A DNA stretch of 64,000 bases from IMGVR_UViG_3300043570_001980:277991-341990, one strand, 5' to 3'; positions 27,635-37,341 are shown, numbered from the stretch's first letter. Numbers and translations: made by a program. The notes: generated by a model from the sequence alone, not told the origin.

Positions 27635-29583
27635 TCAACAGGTTGCTAGAAGGCGGCAACGTGTTTAAAGATGCACAGGGTCAGCCATTAACACAGCGTA
27701 TTAGTCAAGGTGATGTTCCAGCAACCATTAAATGGTTAGAAGGAGTCACAGGTCTTGATCTAAGCGACGACAAAGATCCATCCACTGGATATCCGCGACG
27801 CTGGTTGGGCAGTACAGGAAAAAAACCCACATCCGGAGACCTGGACCTTGCAGTTGATAGCAACGAAATCAGTAAACCACAGTTAAAAGCAAATCTAGAC
27901 CAGTTCATTATTAAAATGAAACAAGACCCAAAAGAATGGGTAAAATTAAGCGGCGAAGCAGTACATTTTAAAACTCCTATTGCAGGAGACCCAACAAAAG
28001 GATTTGTGCAAACGGACTTTATGTTAATGCCCAATCTCAATTGGGGTACTTTTTGGTTAGGTGGAGGCGCCGGTTCAGAATACAAAGGCATGTATAGAAA
28101 TGTCTTGATGAGTAGCGTGGCCAAAGCATTGGGACTCAAGGCCAGTGCCAAAGGAATCATTAGTCGTGCCACAGAAAATGTGTTAACTCTGGATCCTGAT
28201 CAAGCGGCAAAAAGTTTACTTGGCCCCACAGCTACTGCCAAAGATCTAGCCACAGTTGAAAATATCTATGCCGCATTGTCTAAAGATCCTGACCGTGAAG
28301 CCAAGTTACAGGACTTTAGAGAATACCTAGCTAGGGACGGCCTTCAAGAGCCAGGGCAAGTGCAAGAAAGTGATGTAAGTTTTATTGCAAAACTTCGTGA
28401 CAGAATTGTTAATCAAGGCATGCAACCCTTGGTTGAAGCCGACACAACAATGCCTGCCAAGAAAGATCCAAGAATTCCGCACCCCGAAGATGCTTTCTTT
28501 ATGGGCAATAGCCAAGCCGCATCTCGAGCCATACAAGGCCTAGAAGCTGCCGCTAGCAATGACAAAAATATCACAATCAAATGGGACGGTAAACCTGCAT
28601 TGGTCTTTGGGCGCTTGCCCAATGGACGTCTGTCTATAATGGACAAGTACATGTTCGACGCTGGCTATGCCGCACAAAGCCCTGAAGATTGGATCAAATA
28701 CGATCAACAAAAGAAAAGTGGCAATTTAAGAACAGATTTATATCCTAAGTTAAAAGCTATTTGGCCAGGTCTAGATGCGGCTACTAAAGGTTCAGGATTT
28801 TACTGGGGCGATTTGTTGTGGGCAGGCCAGCTAACACCCACCAGCGGTGAATATCAGTTCAGACCCAATTTGGTTCAATATTCTATTCCAGCCAACAGCC
28901 CCGAAGGGCAAATTATCAATGGCAAGTCGGGAGGCATTGTTGTGCATCAACACTTTAACAAGCTGGGTGATAAAACAGCACAAGTATGGGACGGACAAGG
29001 ATTAGAGAATGTACCGGGTGGAGTGGCTATATTAACACCGACCCTGGGTACAAAATTCAAACTGTCTAAGCCCAATCTTTCGGCGGCCAAAAAAGCAGTA
29101 TCCGCATACGGCACAGCAGTAGACGAATTGTTGAACTCGCTTCCTGGCTCTGTCAGACAGAGAATTCAAACCTACTTCAATCAGCGCATCATTGGCGGCA
29201 CAACGCTGAGCCTACACAACTGGCTCAAAGTCAATACCAGCGGCAAACAATATGCTGAGTTAGTGGCTGGCAATCCGGATGTTCAAGGACAATACAATGC
29301 TAAAACTGACAACCTGCCAGGCAAATTGTTCACTTTAGATCGAGCAGGTAAAATTGTCCCTAGTCCTGCATACACAGGCCTACAACAAATTTGGGATGGC
29401 ATTTATAATGCCAAGCTTGGCATGGCACAACAGCTTGAACAACAAGTCAATGGATTAAAACAAACCACAGCTGGTAAAGCCGAAGGCGAAGGGTTTGTAG
29501 TCAACACCCCGCACGGACTGGTCAAGCTGGTAAACCGTGGAGTTTTTTCAGCTGGGAACGCCCAACAAAACAATCCCAGATAA
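27631..29583 (+). CDS. Fusion of a Pol-beta-type nucleotidyltransferase and an RNA-ligase-like (DUF6267-like) domain
   Basis: LGSTG...SGDLDL and VQTDF (NTase); IKWDG, WGD, EGEGFV, KLVNR (ligase motifs I, III, IV, V). Confidence 0.7.
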   Translation: MINRLLEGGNVFKDAQGQPLTQRISQGDVPATIKWLEGVTGLDLSDDKDPSTGYPRRWLGSTGKKPTSGDLDLAVDSNEISKPQLKANLDQFIIKMKQDPKEWVKLSGEAVHFKTPIAGDPTKGFVQTDFMLMPNLNWGTFWLGGGAGSEYKGMYRNVLMSSVAKALGLKASAKGIISRATENVLTLDPDQAAKSLLGPTATAKDLATVENIYAALSKDPDREAKLQDFREYLARDGLQEPGQVQESDVSFIAKLRDRIVNQGMQPLVEADTTMPAKKDPRIPHPEDAFFMGNSQAASRAIQGLEAAASNDKNITIKWDGKPALVFGRLPNGRLSIMDKYMFDAGYAAQSPEDWIKYDQQKKSGNLRTDLYPKLKAIWPGLDAATKGSGFYWGDLLWAGQLTPTSGEYQFRPNLVQYSIPANSPEGQIINGKSGGIVVHQHFNKLGDKTAQVWDGQGLENVPGGVAILTPTLGTKFKLSKPNLSAAKKAVSAYGTAVDELLNSLPGSVRQRIQTYFNQRIIGGTTLSLHNWLKVNTSGKQYAELVAGNPDVQGQYNAKTDNLPGKLFTLDRAGKIVPSPAYTGLQQIWDGIYNAKLGMAQQLEQQVNGLKQTTAGKAEGEGFVVNTPHGLVKLVNRGVFSAGNAQQNNPR

Positions 29584-29652
29584 GCCATTTTTTCTGAATC
29601 GACATAAATAAAAGCAGGCCCAACAAGGCCACAAACATAAGGAGATTTTAAA

Positions 29653-30120
29653 ATGGCATATTTTCCACCATTCAACGGTACTGCGCAACCGGTATTTGCG
29701 TTAGACATCAACAACGGTTCACAAACTGGCACAATTTCAGCTGATGCACTAGTGCAGATGCAAGGTCCAAAACTAGACTTTTTCAAAGTTCTAGTTAAAG
29801 ACGGCTCAGCAAGTGCAATTGACCTACGTCCACAACTGGGTAACTACAGTGGCGGCGGCACAGTATTCAACCCAGGTGTTGTTGTTCAACTCAACCAGTC
29901 AATCCAGACTACAGCTACTATTGCTATCTACCAAGTAGAAGGCGACAACACAGGTCAAATCAGCTATGCTGTTTACCCAAGTGGCGCTTATACTGCCGCA
30001 GACTTGCAGACACAATTGCAAGCTCTTGGCAACGTTCAAATTACAGCATCAGACGGTACTGTAACTGGTGTTAGCGTTGCAGGTACACTTGTTACTAACC
30101 CAGGCTTCAAGTTGGCCTAA
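29653..30120 (+). CDS. Probable abundant virion structural protein
   Basis: TAAATA 29605-29610, strong AAGGAG SD, own terminator, G/A/V/T-rich. Confidence 0.6.
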   Translation: MAYFPPFNGTAQPVFALDINNGSQTGTISADALVQMQGPKLDFFKVLVKDGSASAIDLRPQLGNYSGGGTVFNPGVVVQLNQSIQTTATIAIYQVEGDNTGQISYAVYPSGAYTAADLQTQLQALGNVQITASDGTVTGVSVAGTLVTNPGFKLA

Positions 30121-30142
30121 TCAACACTCACCGTGTAAAACT

Positions 30143-30170
30143 ACCCTGGATTTATTCCAGGGTTTTTTTT
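30143..30170 (+). terminator. Rho-independent terminator
   Basis: ACCCTGGA-TTTAT-TCCAGGGT followed by T7. Confidence 0.85.
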
Positions 30171-30186
30171 GGCCGTTAAATACCAT

Positions 30187-30612
30187 ATGATAAGATTGAG
30201 ATGTTATACGTATTTTGACATTACGCCAACTGGTATAAAAAGTCATTTTAAAGCCTCACAGATACCGTTAACAACAAAAACAGGTACAACTGTCAACAGT
30301 CAAAGCGACTGGCACCATGCTAGAAATCAACAGAGAAACTGGGAAACAGTTAATCAAATCATTAGTCTTAGAACCTCTCCTGTGGACATTACTGATCCTG
30401 TGACAGTGACAGAAGATGGCAAAAAAATCTGGGAATTTGAATTCACGGTCGAACAACCAACAGCCTTACAATTAGGCAACGACAGCGTTGGCGCCCTATA
30501 CTATGACTGTAATGGTGTTCCTATGCTGGTTAATCTAGAAGAAACAGATAGATTTGATGGTGTGTTAATCCCTAGAACAAACATTGTTTTTGAGTCTGCA
30601 CACAATAAATAA
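30187..30612 (+). CDS. Hypothetical late protein
   Basis: TAAATA 30177-30182, 4 nt before the ATG; RNQQRNWET motif. Confidence 0.65.
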   Translation: MIRLRCYTYFDITPTGIKSHFKASQIPLTTKTGTTVNSQSDWHHARNQQRNWETVNQIISLRTSPVDITDPVTVTEDGKKIWEFEFTVEQPTALQLGNDSVGALYYDCNGVPMLVNLEETDRFDGVLIPRTNIVFESAHNK

Positions 30613-30630
30613 CGTATTGGGGAAACAATC

Positions 30631-30891
30631 ATGGATACAACTGATATTGAAAAGAAAAGTTTAGAAGCGCACGTTGAACTGTGCGCAGAACGCTACAATG
30701 CATTGGAAACTCGCATAGACAGCATGATTGTTTGCATAGACGAAATTAAAAATGACATTAAAGAAATGCATGTCATGATTCAGACAATGGCAGAAAAACG
30801 AAACTCTCAGTTGATCAATTGGGGCTTAGGAATTATTGGAACACTAACTGCTACAGTGGCTTGGTTAGTGACACAGTATATACTTAAATGA
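30631..30891 (+). CDS. Coiled-coil protein with C-terminal TM helix (XhlA/holin-like architecture)
   Basis: Heptads followed by LINWGLGIIGTLTATVAWLV; TAAATA 30606-30611. Confidence 0.55.
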   Translation: MDTTDIEKKSLEAHVELCAERYNALETRIDSMIVCIDEIKNDIKEMHVMIQTMAEKRNSQLINWGLGIIGTLTATVAWLVTQYILK

Positions 30892-31415
30892 AAAAACAAA
30901 CAATAAAAAACGCACTGGTTCGTCTTGAGCAACTGGTTCAGCCTGAACTGGATTTGTTGAAAAACAATATGATTATTCCATTAGACGGAAGCAATCAATA
31001 CCAGGTGTTTGACAAATACTTTATCTTTAAAGAAAACAACGTATTTGTAGTTAAAATAAGAGATACTGTTTGTGGGGAGTTTTCAACCATGCGCTATGCT
31101 ATCAGTTGGTGCATCTCAGACAAATACAATCAGTATAACTTATCTAATACTATAAAAATGCTAGATGAAAAAATCACACATTTATCTAGGGACGTCAGTG
31201 TACGTGAATTACTGGCTCGAAGTTTTAAAGATCAAAATCATAGAGAAATTGCATATCTTAAAGTTCAAAACAAAAAGATGCACATAGTATCTATAAAAGA
31301 ACAGCTAGACAAATGTGTAAATCTGGCTAAATACTGGCAAATTAGAGGATTCAATAATGAAACTGCAAGAACTGGACGCACGTCAAATTTCAAAACAGAC
31401 CGAAAAGGTACTTGA
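30888..31415 (+). CDS. Hypothetical protein
   Basis: 175-aa ORF with ATGA coupling. Confidence 0.65.
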   Translation: MKKQTIKNALVRLEQLVQPELDLLKNNMIIPLDGSNQYQVFDKYFIFKENNVFVVKIRDTVCGEFSTMRYAISWCISDKYNQYNLSNTIKMLDEKITHLSRDVSVRELLARSFKDQNHREIAYLKVQNKKMHIVSIKEQLDKCVNLAKYWQIRGFNNETARTGRTSNFKTDRKGT

Positions 31416-32250
31416 AAACCGTTTAGGTTATTCTGTACACTTTGACCGGTTGAACACTGGCCAAACACGCCAGATGCTCGCACAGGTTAGAAACCTAATC
31501 AAGGAGCATCAAAGCACTCCTGCTTTTCACAAGAGTGAAAGACAGCCCGCTTACCTAAAGCTGATCATGCTTGAGCAAGGACTTGCTAGTAAACTTTCAG
31601 AGCAAATTCCTCCAGCACCTGGCACAGCCGGGGCTGTCCCTGGTCAGCCAGCAGTTAATCCTGCACAGATGGGTATGCAAATTGCCAAGCAGAAAAAAGC
31701 TCTACAAGATCAACTGAAGGCAGCGCAGGAGCAAGTTCGTAATATTCAAAAGCAAATAAGCCAACCTAATCTAGGCATGGCAGAGACAACAAGAATTGCA
31801 AAACGTCGATTAAGAGAAAGCGAAATTCAACAAGCTCAGGTTGTTTTAGCCGCACAGGACATGGTTGACCAGATTCAGAAAATGCTTGAACAGATCTCTG
31901 AAATGCAGTTCAAAGACTTACCAGCATTAACTGACAGCATTCGTAATGACATGGGTGTTGATCAAGCCACCAAGTTCCAAGCTGATGCCACAGCCGCATT
32001 GAGCACATTACTAGGTGCTGTGCAAGCAGGCAAAACTCAACTCGAAGGCGCCCAAGCCGTATTAACTGGACAAGCACCTGTTGTTCCTGGCGAAGAAGAT
32101 TTAGCCGCTGACCCAGCTGCCGATCTTGATGCTAGTGCTGACCTAGATGGCGATGCCGCTGATCTTGACGCAGATGCCGCAGACTTAGATGTCGACGCTG
32201 CCGAAGATGATTTACCTCCAGCGTCGTCACTGGGTCGTGATCGTCGATAA
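31357..32250 (+). CDS. Probable prohead core/scaffold-like protein
   Basis: Helical, LSE/LRE sites, D/A/L-rich acidic tail ending LGRDRR. Confidence 0.5.
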   Translation: MKLQELDARQISKQTEKVLENRLGYSVHFDRLNTGQTRQMLAQVRNLIKEHQSTPAFHKSERQPAYLKLIMLEQGLASKLSEQIPPAPGTAGAVPGQPAVNPAQMGMQIAKQKKALQDQLKAAQEQVRNIQKQISQPNLGMAETTRIAKRRLRESEIQQAQVVLAAQDMVDQIQKMLEQISEMQFKDLPALTDSIRNDMGVDQATKFQADATAALSTLLGAVQAGKTQLEGAQAVLTGQAPVVPGEEDLAADPAADLDASADLDGDAADLDADAADLDVDAAEDDLPPASSLGRDRR

Positions 32251-32585
32251 TGCGACTAGACGAGATTGAACAAGGTGTTAATAATTCTGAACTTGAAGCG
32301 TTAACACAATTTTTAATTGGTCGTGCGGGTGACACCAACGCCCAAAAACAAATATCAGTTGATGCCTTTTTAAGATTAGCCCAAAGTATGGGAATTAGTC
32401 TTAGTAAGGATCAATTGATAACAGCAATACAACAACCTCCCCTTAGTAATCTAATAGATAATATTCAGGGCAACGACATCGTTTTTGCAGGAGCACAAGT
32501 CCCAGACTCTACTATGTCTGTAGACAAGGCTAGAGACACAGTTGACAAAATGGCCAAACGAGCTTTGAACAAAAAAGGTTTATAA
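32250..32585 (+). CDS. Hypothetical protein (probably head-associated)
   Basis: N-terminus MRLDEIE; TAATG coupling. Confidence 0.6.
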   Translation: MRLDEIEQGVNNSELEALTQFLIGRAGDTNAQKQISVDAFLRLAQSMGISLSKDQLITAIQQPPLSNLIDNIQGNDIVFAGAQVPDSTMSVDKARDTVDKMAKRALNKKGL

Positions 32586-32590
32586 AAGAC

Positions 32591-32619
32591 TTGACTTAAT
32601 CAGTTAAATCCTGTAAACT
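32591..32619 (+). promoter_or_regulatory. Sigma70-type promoter
   Basis: TTGACT-17-TAAACT. Confidence 0.55.
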
Positions 32620-32666
32620 AATAACAGTTCTTAGGCGTTATATTATAATACTTTTGGAGAAATGTT

Positions 32667-32981
32667 ATGAAAAAATTATTCATCACTCTGGCATTAGCCT
32701 GTGCAACATTGCCAGCTGTGGCACAACATCATGGATACCACGGTAAAGGGCTTGGATCTTACCACCACAGACACCACGGCGGATCAAGTATTGGTTGGTG
32801 GGTTGCACCTGTTGTAACAGGTATGATTGGTTATGAAATTGCCAAACAACAGCGTGTCATTGTTCAACAGCCGGTAATTGTACAAAATCCTCCAGTGGTT
32901 GCGCAACAAAGTTGTAGTCTGTGGACAGAAACACAACACTCTGATGGAACAATCACACGCACACGGACCTGTTATCAATGA
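32667..32981 (+). CDS. Exported His/Gly-rich small protein
   Basis: Signal peptide MKKLFITLALACATLPAVA, HHGYHG..HHRHHGG, C-terminal Cys pair. Confidence 0.7.
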   Translation: MKKLFITLALACATLPAVAQHHGYHGKGLGSYHHRHHGGSSIGWWVAPVVTGMIGYEIAKQQRVIVQQPVIVQNPPVVAQQSCSLWTETQHSDGTITRTRTCYQ

Positions 32982-33097
32982 TAGAAAAATTATTACAAAA
33001 CAAGATCCTGTTAGTAACAACAGGATTATTGAGCACATACTTATTGTATAAGATAAGTTTAGAGCTATGGTGCATAGCCTACGGAATATTAAATTAA
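32978..33097 (+). CDS. Small hydrophobic protein (39 aa, not in the ORF track)
   Basis: ATGA coupling; MIEKLLQNKILLVTTGLLSTYLLYKISLELWCIAYGILN*. Confidence 0.5.
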   Translation: MIEKLLQNKILLVTTGLLSTYLLYKISLELWCIAYGILN

Positions 33098-33105
33098 GAA
33101 ATCAC

Positions 33106-33492
33106 ATGGCGTACTCAAACAAGGTAATTGATCACTATGAAAATCCCAGGAATGTCGGATCTTTTGACAAGGCTGATACTGATATTGGTACTGGTATGGT
33201 TGGCGCACCTGCTTGCGGTGACGTGATGAAACTACAGATAAAGGTTGATAATGATACAGGTATTATTACAGATGCAAAATTTAAAACGTATGGCTGCGGA
33301 TCGGCTATTGCGAGTTCGAGCCTCGTTACAGAATGGGTCAAAGGCATGCACATCGACCAAGCCAGCCAACTCAAAAATTCCGAAATTGCCGAAGAACTAG
33401 CTCTGCCTCCTGTTAAGATTCACTGTAGTATTCTAGCTGAAGACGCAATCAAAGCGGCTGTGGAAGATTATAAAAAAAGACATGCTAGATGA
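33106..33492 (+). CDS. iscU: Fe-S cluster scaffold IscU
   Basis: MAYS..VIDHYENPRNVG, GAPACGDVM, YGCGSAIASSS, LPPVKIHC. Confidence 0.97.
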   Translation: MAYSNKVIDHYENPRNVGSFDKADTDIGTGMVGAPACGDVMKLQIKVDNDTGIITDAKFKTYGCGSAIASSSLVTEWVKGMHIDQASQLKNSEIAEELALPPVKIHCSILAEDAIKAAVEDYKKRHAR

Positions 33493-34079
33493 TTTTAAGA
33501 AACATTCCAAATTTTTTAACAAAAGATGAATTAGATTTGGCCTGGGCAGAAATTACAAACAATCCAAAGTGGCAATATTCTAAGAGATGTTCTTTTGATA
33601 ATAGTGTAACTAAAAATGTATGGCGTTATCGTGTGTTTTCTAGTTACTCAGGTAAAATATTACAATCAGACCCTAGCACATGGTTTGTAAATCAGCCCAA
33701 TTGGCAGTCAACTATATCTCCAATCTGGGTTACAATTCTAGATAAAGTTATGCAGGCATATGGCCCAAATTTTCAAATATTTAATTTTGTGATTAACGGG
33801 CTAACAAAAGGACAGGATGATGTAATTCATAGAGACCTGGAAGATGATATTTCCAGCTACGAATCAACTGTGATTTATTTAAACCCAACTTGGGAAAAAA
33901 GCTGGGGTGGCCCATTACTCTATTACGACACTGAGTTAAATGTTACAGAAAGAATTTTACCCGAGCCGGGTCAGCTAGTTGGGCACAACGGCTCTTGCCT
34001 ACACCAACCACTTGGCCCTGTGGTTGATGATATATTACGTGTTAGCTTTGCCTGCGGAGGTTATTTTAAAAATGATTAA
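33489..34079 (+). CDS. 2OG-Fe(II) oxygenase
   Basis: HRD, IYLNPTW..SWGG, distal H, C-terminal R-x-S. Confidence 0.85.
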   Translation: MILRNIPNFLTKDELDLAWAEITNNPKWQYSKRCSFDNSVTKNVWRYRVFSSYSGKILQSDPSTWFVNQPNWQSTISPIWVTILDKVMQAYGPNFQIFNFVINGLTKGQDDVIHRDLEDDISSYESTVIYLNPTWEKSWGGPLLYYDTELNVTERILPEPGQLVGHNGSCLHQPLGPVVDDILRVSFACGGYFKND

Positions 34080-34395
34080 TATATCTGATGATGCTTCTCA
34101 AAAAATACAACAAGCACTAATCGGTCGAGGCAAAGGTCTAGGAATACGAATAAGCGTACACACCACTGGGTGTAGTGGATTAGCTTACCGTGTCGAATTC
34201 GTTGACAACCCACTGGATGATGTAGTAGACTATGAAGATCCAAGCGGTTTTAAAGTTTATGTTAGTCCAAAAGATATGCCTTATTTAAATGGACTAACCA
34301 TGGTATGGAAAAGCGATGGTCTCAAACAAGGCATGGATTTTATCAATCCCAATGAAAGAGATCGCTGTGGTTGTGGAGAAAGTTTCAGAGTGTAA
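34072..34395 (+). CDS. iscA: A-type Fe-S carrier IscA
   Basis: TTGCSGLAY and NPN..RCGCGESF. Confidence 0.92.
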   Translation: MINISDDASQKIQQALIGRGKGLGIRISVHTTGCSGLAYRVEFVDNPLDDVVDYEDPSGFKVYVSPKDMPYLNGLTMVWKSDGLKQGMDFINPNERDRCGCGESFRV

Positions 34396-35006
34396 TGAGT
34401 GTTGAGTACCTGGTTACATCTGCTGGCAGGTCCGGCAGTATATTTTTAAGCAAACTTATCGGATGTTGTGTTGACTGGCACCAAGTTACACATACACATG
34501 ATCTTGTATTACCGACTATCAATAAAAATTCAGTTTTAGTAATCTGCGATCGCAGAGACCTTCTTGCATCTATTTTATCAATGTGTATTGCTAAACGAAC
34601 AGACGAATATGTTGAATATTCAGGAAAAACTATAGAACCATTTGATATTGATTGCAATGGTTCCAATTCAGAATTTGCATATCAGTTTAGTTGGCATCGT
34701 TGGTATCAACAAAGTTGCACAACTTCTGAAACTGCAAAATTATACAAGAACATAGAAGTTTTTTATTTTGAAGATTTCATCAATAACCATCAAACAGTAT
34801 TTGATAGACTAAACATTGTTCCAGTTAGAAAAATACAAGAAACTCCAAAATCCCCACATAATATTAAAACTTTAATTAAAAATTATAATCAGTGCAAAGA
34901 CACGTTTGATTCATTAATGGAATCCGAAGTGTTCAGACCTCACACAGCATACAATCCACTTAAAGAAAATCAACTTGATAAAATTTACAATGACAAAATT
35001 AATTAA
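34395..35006 (+). CDS. Sulfotransferase-like protein
   Basis: SAGRSGS 5'-PSB loop, RRDLLASILS 3'-PB motif, FYFED. Confidence 0.65.
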   Translation: MSVEYLVTSAGRSGSIFLSKLIGCCVDWHQVTHTHDLVLPTINKNSVLVICDRRDLLASILSMCIAKRTDEYVEYSGKTIEPFDIDCNGSNSEFAYQFSWHRWYQQSCTTSETAKLYKNIEVFYFEDFINNHQTVFDRLNIVPVRKIQETPKSPHNIKTLIKNYNQCKDTFDSLMESEVFRPHTAYNPLKENQLDKIYNDKIN

Positions 35007-35709
35007 CCGATACAACTACCAACCAATTCCTCGAGTTACTGTTGATGGTAAACGTTTTTATGCCACACCCGATGGCAAGAATCTTCCCAGTGTAACCACA
35101 ATCTTAGACAAGACAAAACCACAAGAAAAAGTCGAAGCTCTAAATCGTTGGCGCCGAAGTGTAGGGGTAGAAAAAGCACAGCAGATCACCACAGAAGCTG
35201 CCAATCGCGGCACTAGAATGCACACATATCTTGAACAGTATGTACGTGATGGCACCATCAAAGAACCTGGTTCAAATCCTTACTCTTGGCCCAGTCATGC
35301 CATGGCCAAGGTTGTTGTGGACAATGGTTTAAAAAATGTCAATGAGTTCTGGGGAATCGAAGTACCCTTGTACTTTCCCAGCATCTACGCAGGCACAACA
35401 GACGGCGCCGGCATACACTTGAACGAAGAAGCTATTTTAGATTACAAGCAAACCAACAAGCCCAAAAAGCGTGAATGGATTGACGACTATTTTGTGCAGT
35501 TGTGCGCTTATGCCGAAGCTCATAATGAAATACACGGCACAAAAATACGCAAGGGTGTGGTGCTTATGTGCGTCAAACCCGATCTTGACGACCAATTCAA
35601 TATCATTAAACCCCCAGAATACCAAGAGTTTGTGTTAGAAGGTGCAGAGTTTGACCGCTATCGAGATTTGTGGTGGCGCAAAGTAGAGCAATTTTATCTA
35701 CAACAGTAA
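34990..35709 (+). CDS. PD-(D/E)xK exonuclease (RecB/Cas4-like phage exonuclease)
   Basis: PSVTTIL, RGTRMH, YAGTTD, LDYK, QLCAYA. Confidence 0.88.
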   Translation: MTKLINRYNYQPIPRVTVDGKRFYATPDGKNLPSVTTILDKTKPQEKVEALNRWRRSVGVEKAQQITTEAANRGTRMHTYLEQYVRDGTIKEPGSNPYSWPSHAMAKVVVDNGLKNVNEFWGIEVPLYFPSIYAGTTDGAGIHLNEEAILDYKQTNKPKKREWIDDYFVQLCAYAEAHNEIHGTKIRKGVVLMCVKPDLDDQFNIIKPPEYQEFVLEGAEFDRYRDLWWRKVEQFYLQQ

Positions 35710-35754
35710 GCCTGCGATCCTGAATAAATACTAGAACTAAACGGATCTCACAAC

Positions 35755-37341
35755 ATGGCTATAGTACAAGTATCAAGAATTACAAATCGGAAAGGTCTCC
35801 AGGAGAACCTTCCACAGCTTTCAGGAGCTGAATTCGGCTGGTGTATTGACAGTCGCCAACTTTTTATAGGCAACGGAACACCCGACGAAGGTGCCCCGGT
35901 CATCGGCAACACTGAAATTTTAACAGAATTCTCAGACATCACTGTTTTAAGTAATTACACTTATCAAGATATTGCTGTAGGGTATGCCGCACAGACTGGA
36001 CCAACCCCCGACGATCCAACCATTAGAACGCTTCAGGCCAAGCTTGATGACATTGCTGACGTACGGGATTTTGGCGCAAAAGGCGACGGCGCCGCTGATG
36101 ATACAGAAGCTATTAATCGAGCATTGTTCCAACTTTATTGTAGAGACACCAATAGCCAAATACGTCGAACTTTGTATTTTCCTGCCGGAACATATAGAAT
36201 TACAGAATCACTGATTATTCCAACCTACGCAAAACTAGTTGGCGAAGGTGCCAACTGTTCTATTATTCAACTTGATATCTCTACTGATTTAAGTAGCTTA
36301 TCTGCTTACGTTGCACGTTACGGTGATAGTCAGCAACAAACCGGTGCAAACATTGGAAACAACGGAGCAGTTGCTCCTCGCAACATTGAAATTTCTTCAA
36401 TGACTTTTGAAAGTTCAGTGGTAACAGATATTTTCAATGTTGAAGATGCAACACAATGTTGGTTTGATAGTGTTAACTTTATTGGACCATTGTCAGACAC
36501 TGACATTAGCACAAACCAAAGTCTTGATGATATTGCCGGCGTAAGATTTTACAGTACTACCAATTTAGTTTGCAATCAAATAGTATTTGATAAATGTCAA
36601 TTCCAAGGCCTAACATATGGTATGAACACAGATTATCAAATCTCAGGTATAACAGTTAGCAACAGTAAGTTTGACACACTCTATAGGGGTATTGTGCTTG
36701 GAGAAGGAACACCTATCAATGGAGGTCCTACGGGCTTCCGTGCCGTACACAATATATTTGATAGAATCTATGCCGAAGGCATATATTATGACGAAGTCGG
36801 ATTAAACGTTAGTGCATATAATGCATTCTTAGATGTTGGTAACAATTACACAACTAGTCCAGCTTGCTCAGTTGTTAAATTTGGCAATGACAATAATATT
36901 TCAGTCAGTGATTTGTTTGCAAGAACAGATGCTGACAACAACATCTACCCACGGATAGACATCATTGGCGGGTCAGTGGATACTACTACATTGATTCAGC
37001 TGGGTAGATATGCCAGAGAATCAGGAAAAACTTTTACGCTAGGTAATAATCAGTCCAACCAAACAATTTTTAGTGTCAATTCAATTGACACCAAGGCTTT
37101 TAGATTTGATTATACTATCTCTCGTTCTAGTTCGATTAGACACGGCACAATGATTGTTACTGCACAGATCAGCGATGACAGTAGTTTAACATTATCCTAC
37201 AGTGATGACTACACTGAAAACTTAACTGCTGGTGTCACGCTTTCTGCAACACAGGTAGTTAATACTGTGTCTGTAAAATACACCACAACCAACACCGGGG
37301 ATCCCGGAACACTAACTTATTCTATTGCTCACCTTGCTTAA
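35755..37341 (+). CDS. Tail spike/fiber with Mtd-like N-terminus and pectate-lyase-3 beta-helix
   Basis: QLSGAEFGWCIDSRQLFIGNG; VRDFGAKGDG..DDTEAI; LYFPAGTY; TAAATA 35725-35730. Confidence 0.8.
   Translation: MAIVQVSRITNRKGLQENLPQLSGAEFGWCIDSRQLFIGNGTPDEGAPVIGNTEILTEFSDITVLSNYTYQDIAVGYAAQTGPTPDDPTIRTLQAKLDDIADVRDFGAKGDGAADDTEAINRALFQLYCRDTNSQIRRTLYFPAGTYRITESLIIPTYAKLVGEGANCSIIQLDISTDLSSLSAYVARYGDSQQQTGANIGNNGAVAPRNIEISSMTFESSVVTDIFNVEDATQCWFDSVNFIGPLSDTDISTNQSLDDIAGVRFYSTTNLVCNQIVFDKCQFQGLTYGMNTDYQISGITVSNSKFDTLYRGIVLGEGTPINGGPTGFRAVHNIFDRIYAEGIYYDEVGLNVSAYNAFLDVGNNYTTSPACSVVKFGNDNNISVSDLFARTDADNNIYPRIDIIGGSVDTTTLIQLGRYARESGKTFTLGNNQSNQTIFSVNSIDTKAFRFDYTISRSSSIRHGTMIVTAQISDDSSLTLSYSDDYTENLTAGVTLSATQVVNTVSVKYTTTNTGDPGTLTYSIAHLA

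Noticed and set aside
34990-35709. Cas4-like nuclease as a sign of a CRISPR-Cas system
   Set aside because: No repeat-spacer array or other cas gene is in the window; the motifs fit the common stand-alone phage exonuclease
35755-37341. Diversity-generating retroelement target, given the Mtd-like N-terminus
   Set aside because: No reverse transcriptase or template/variable repeat pair is visible; the C-terminal part is a beta-helix, not a C-type lectin
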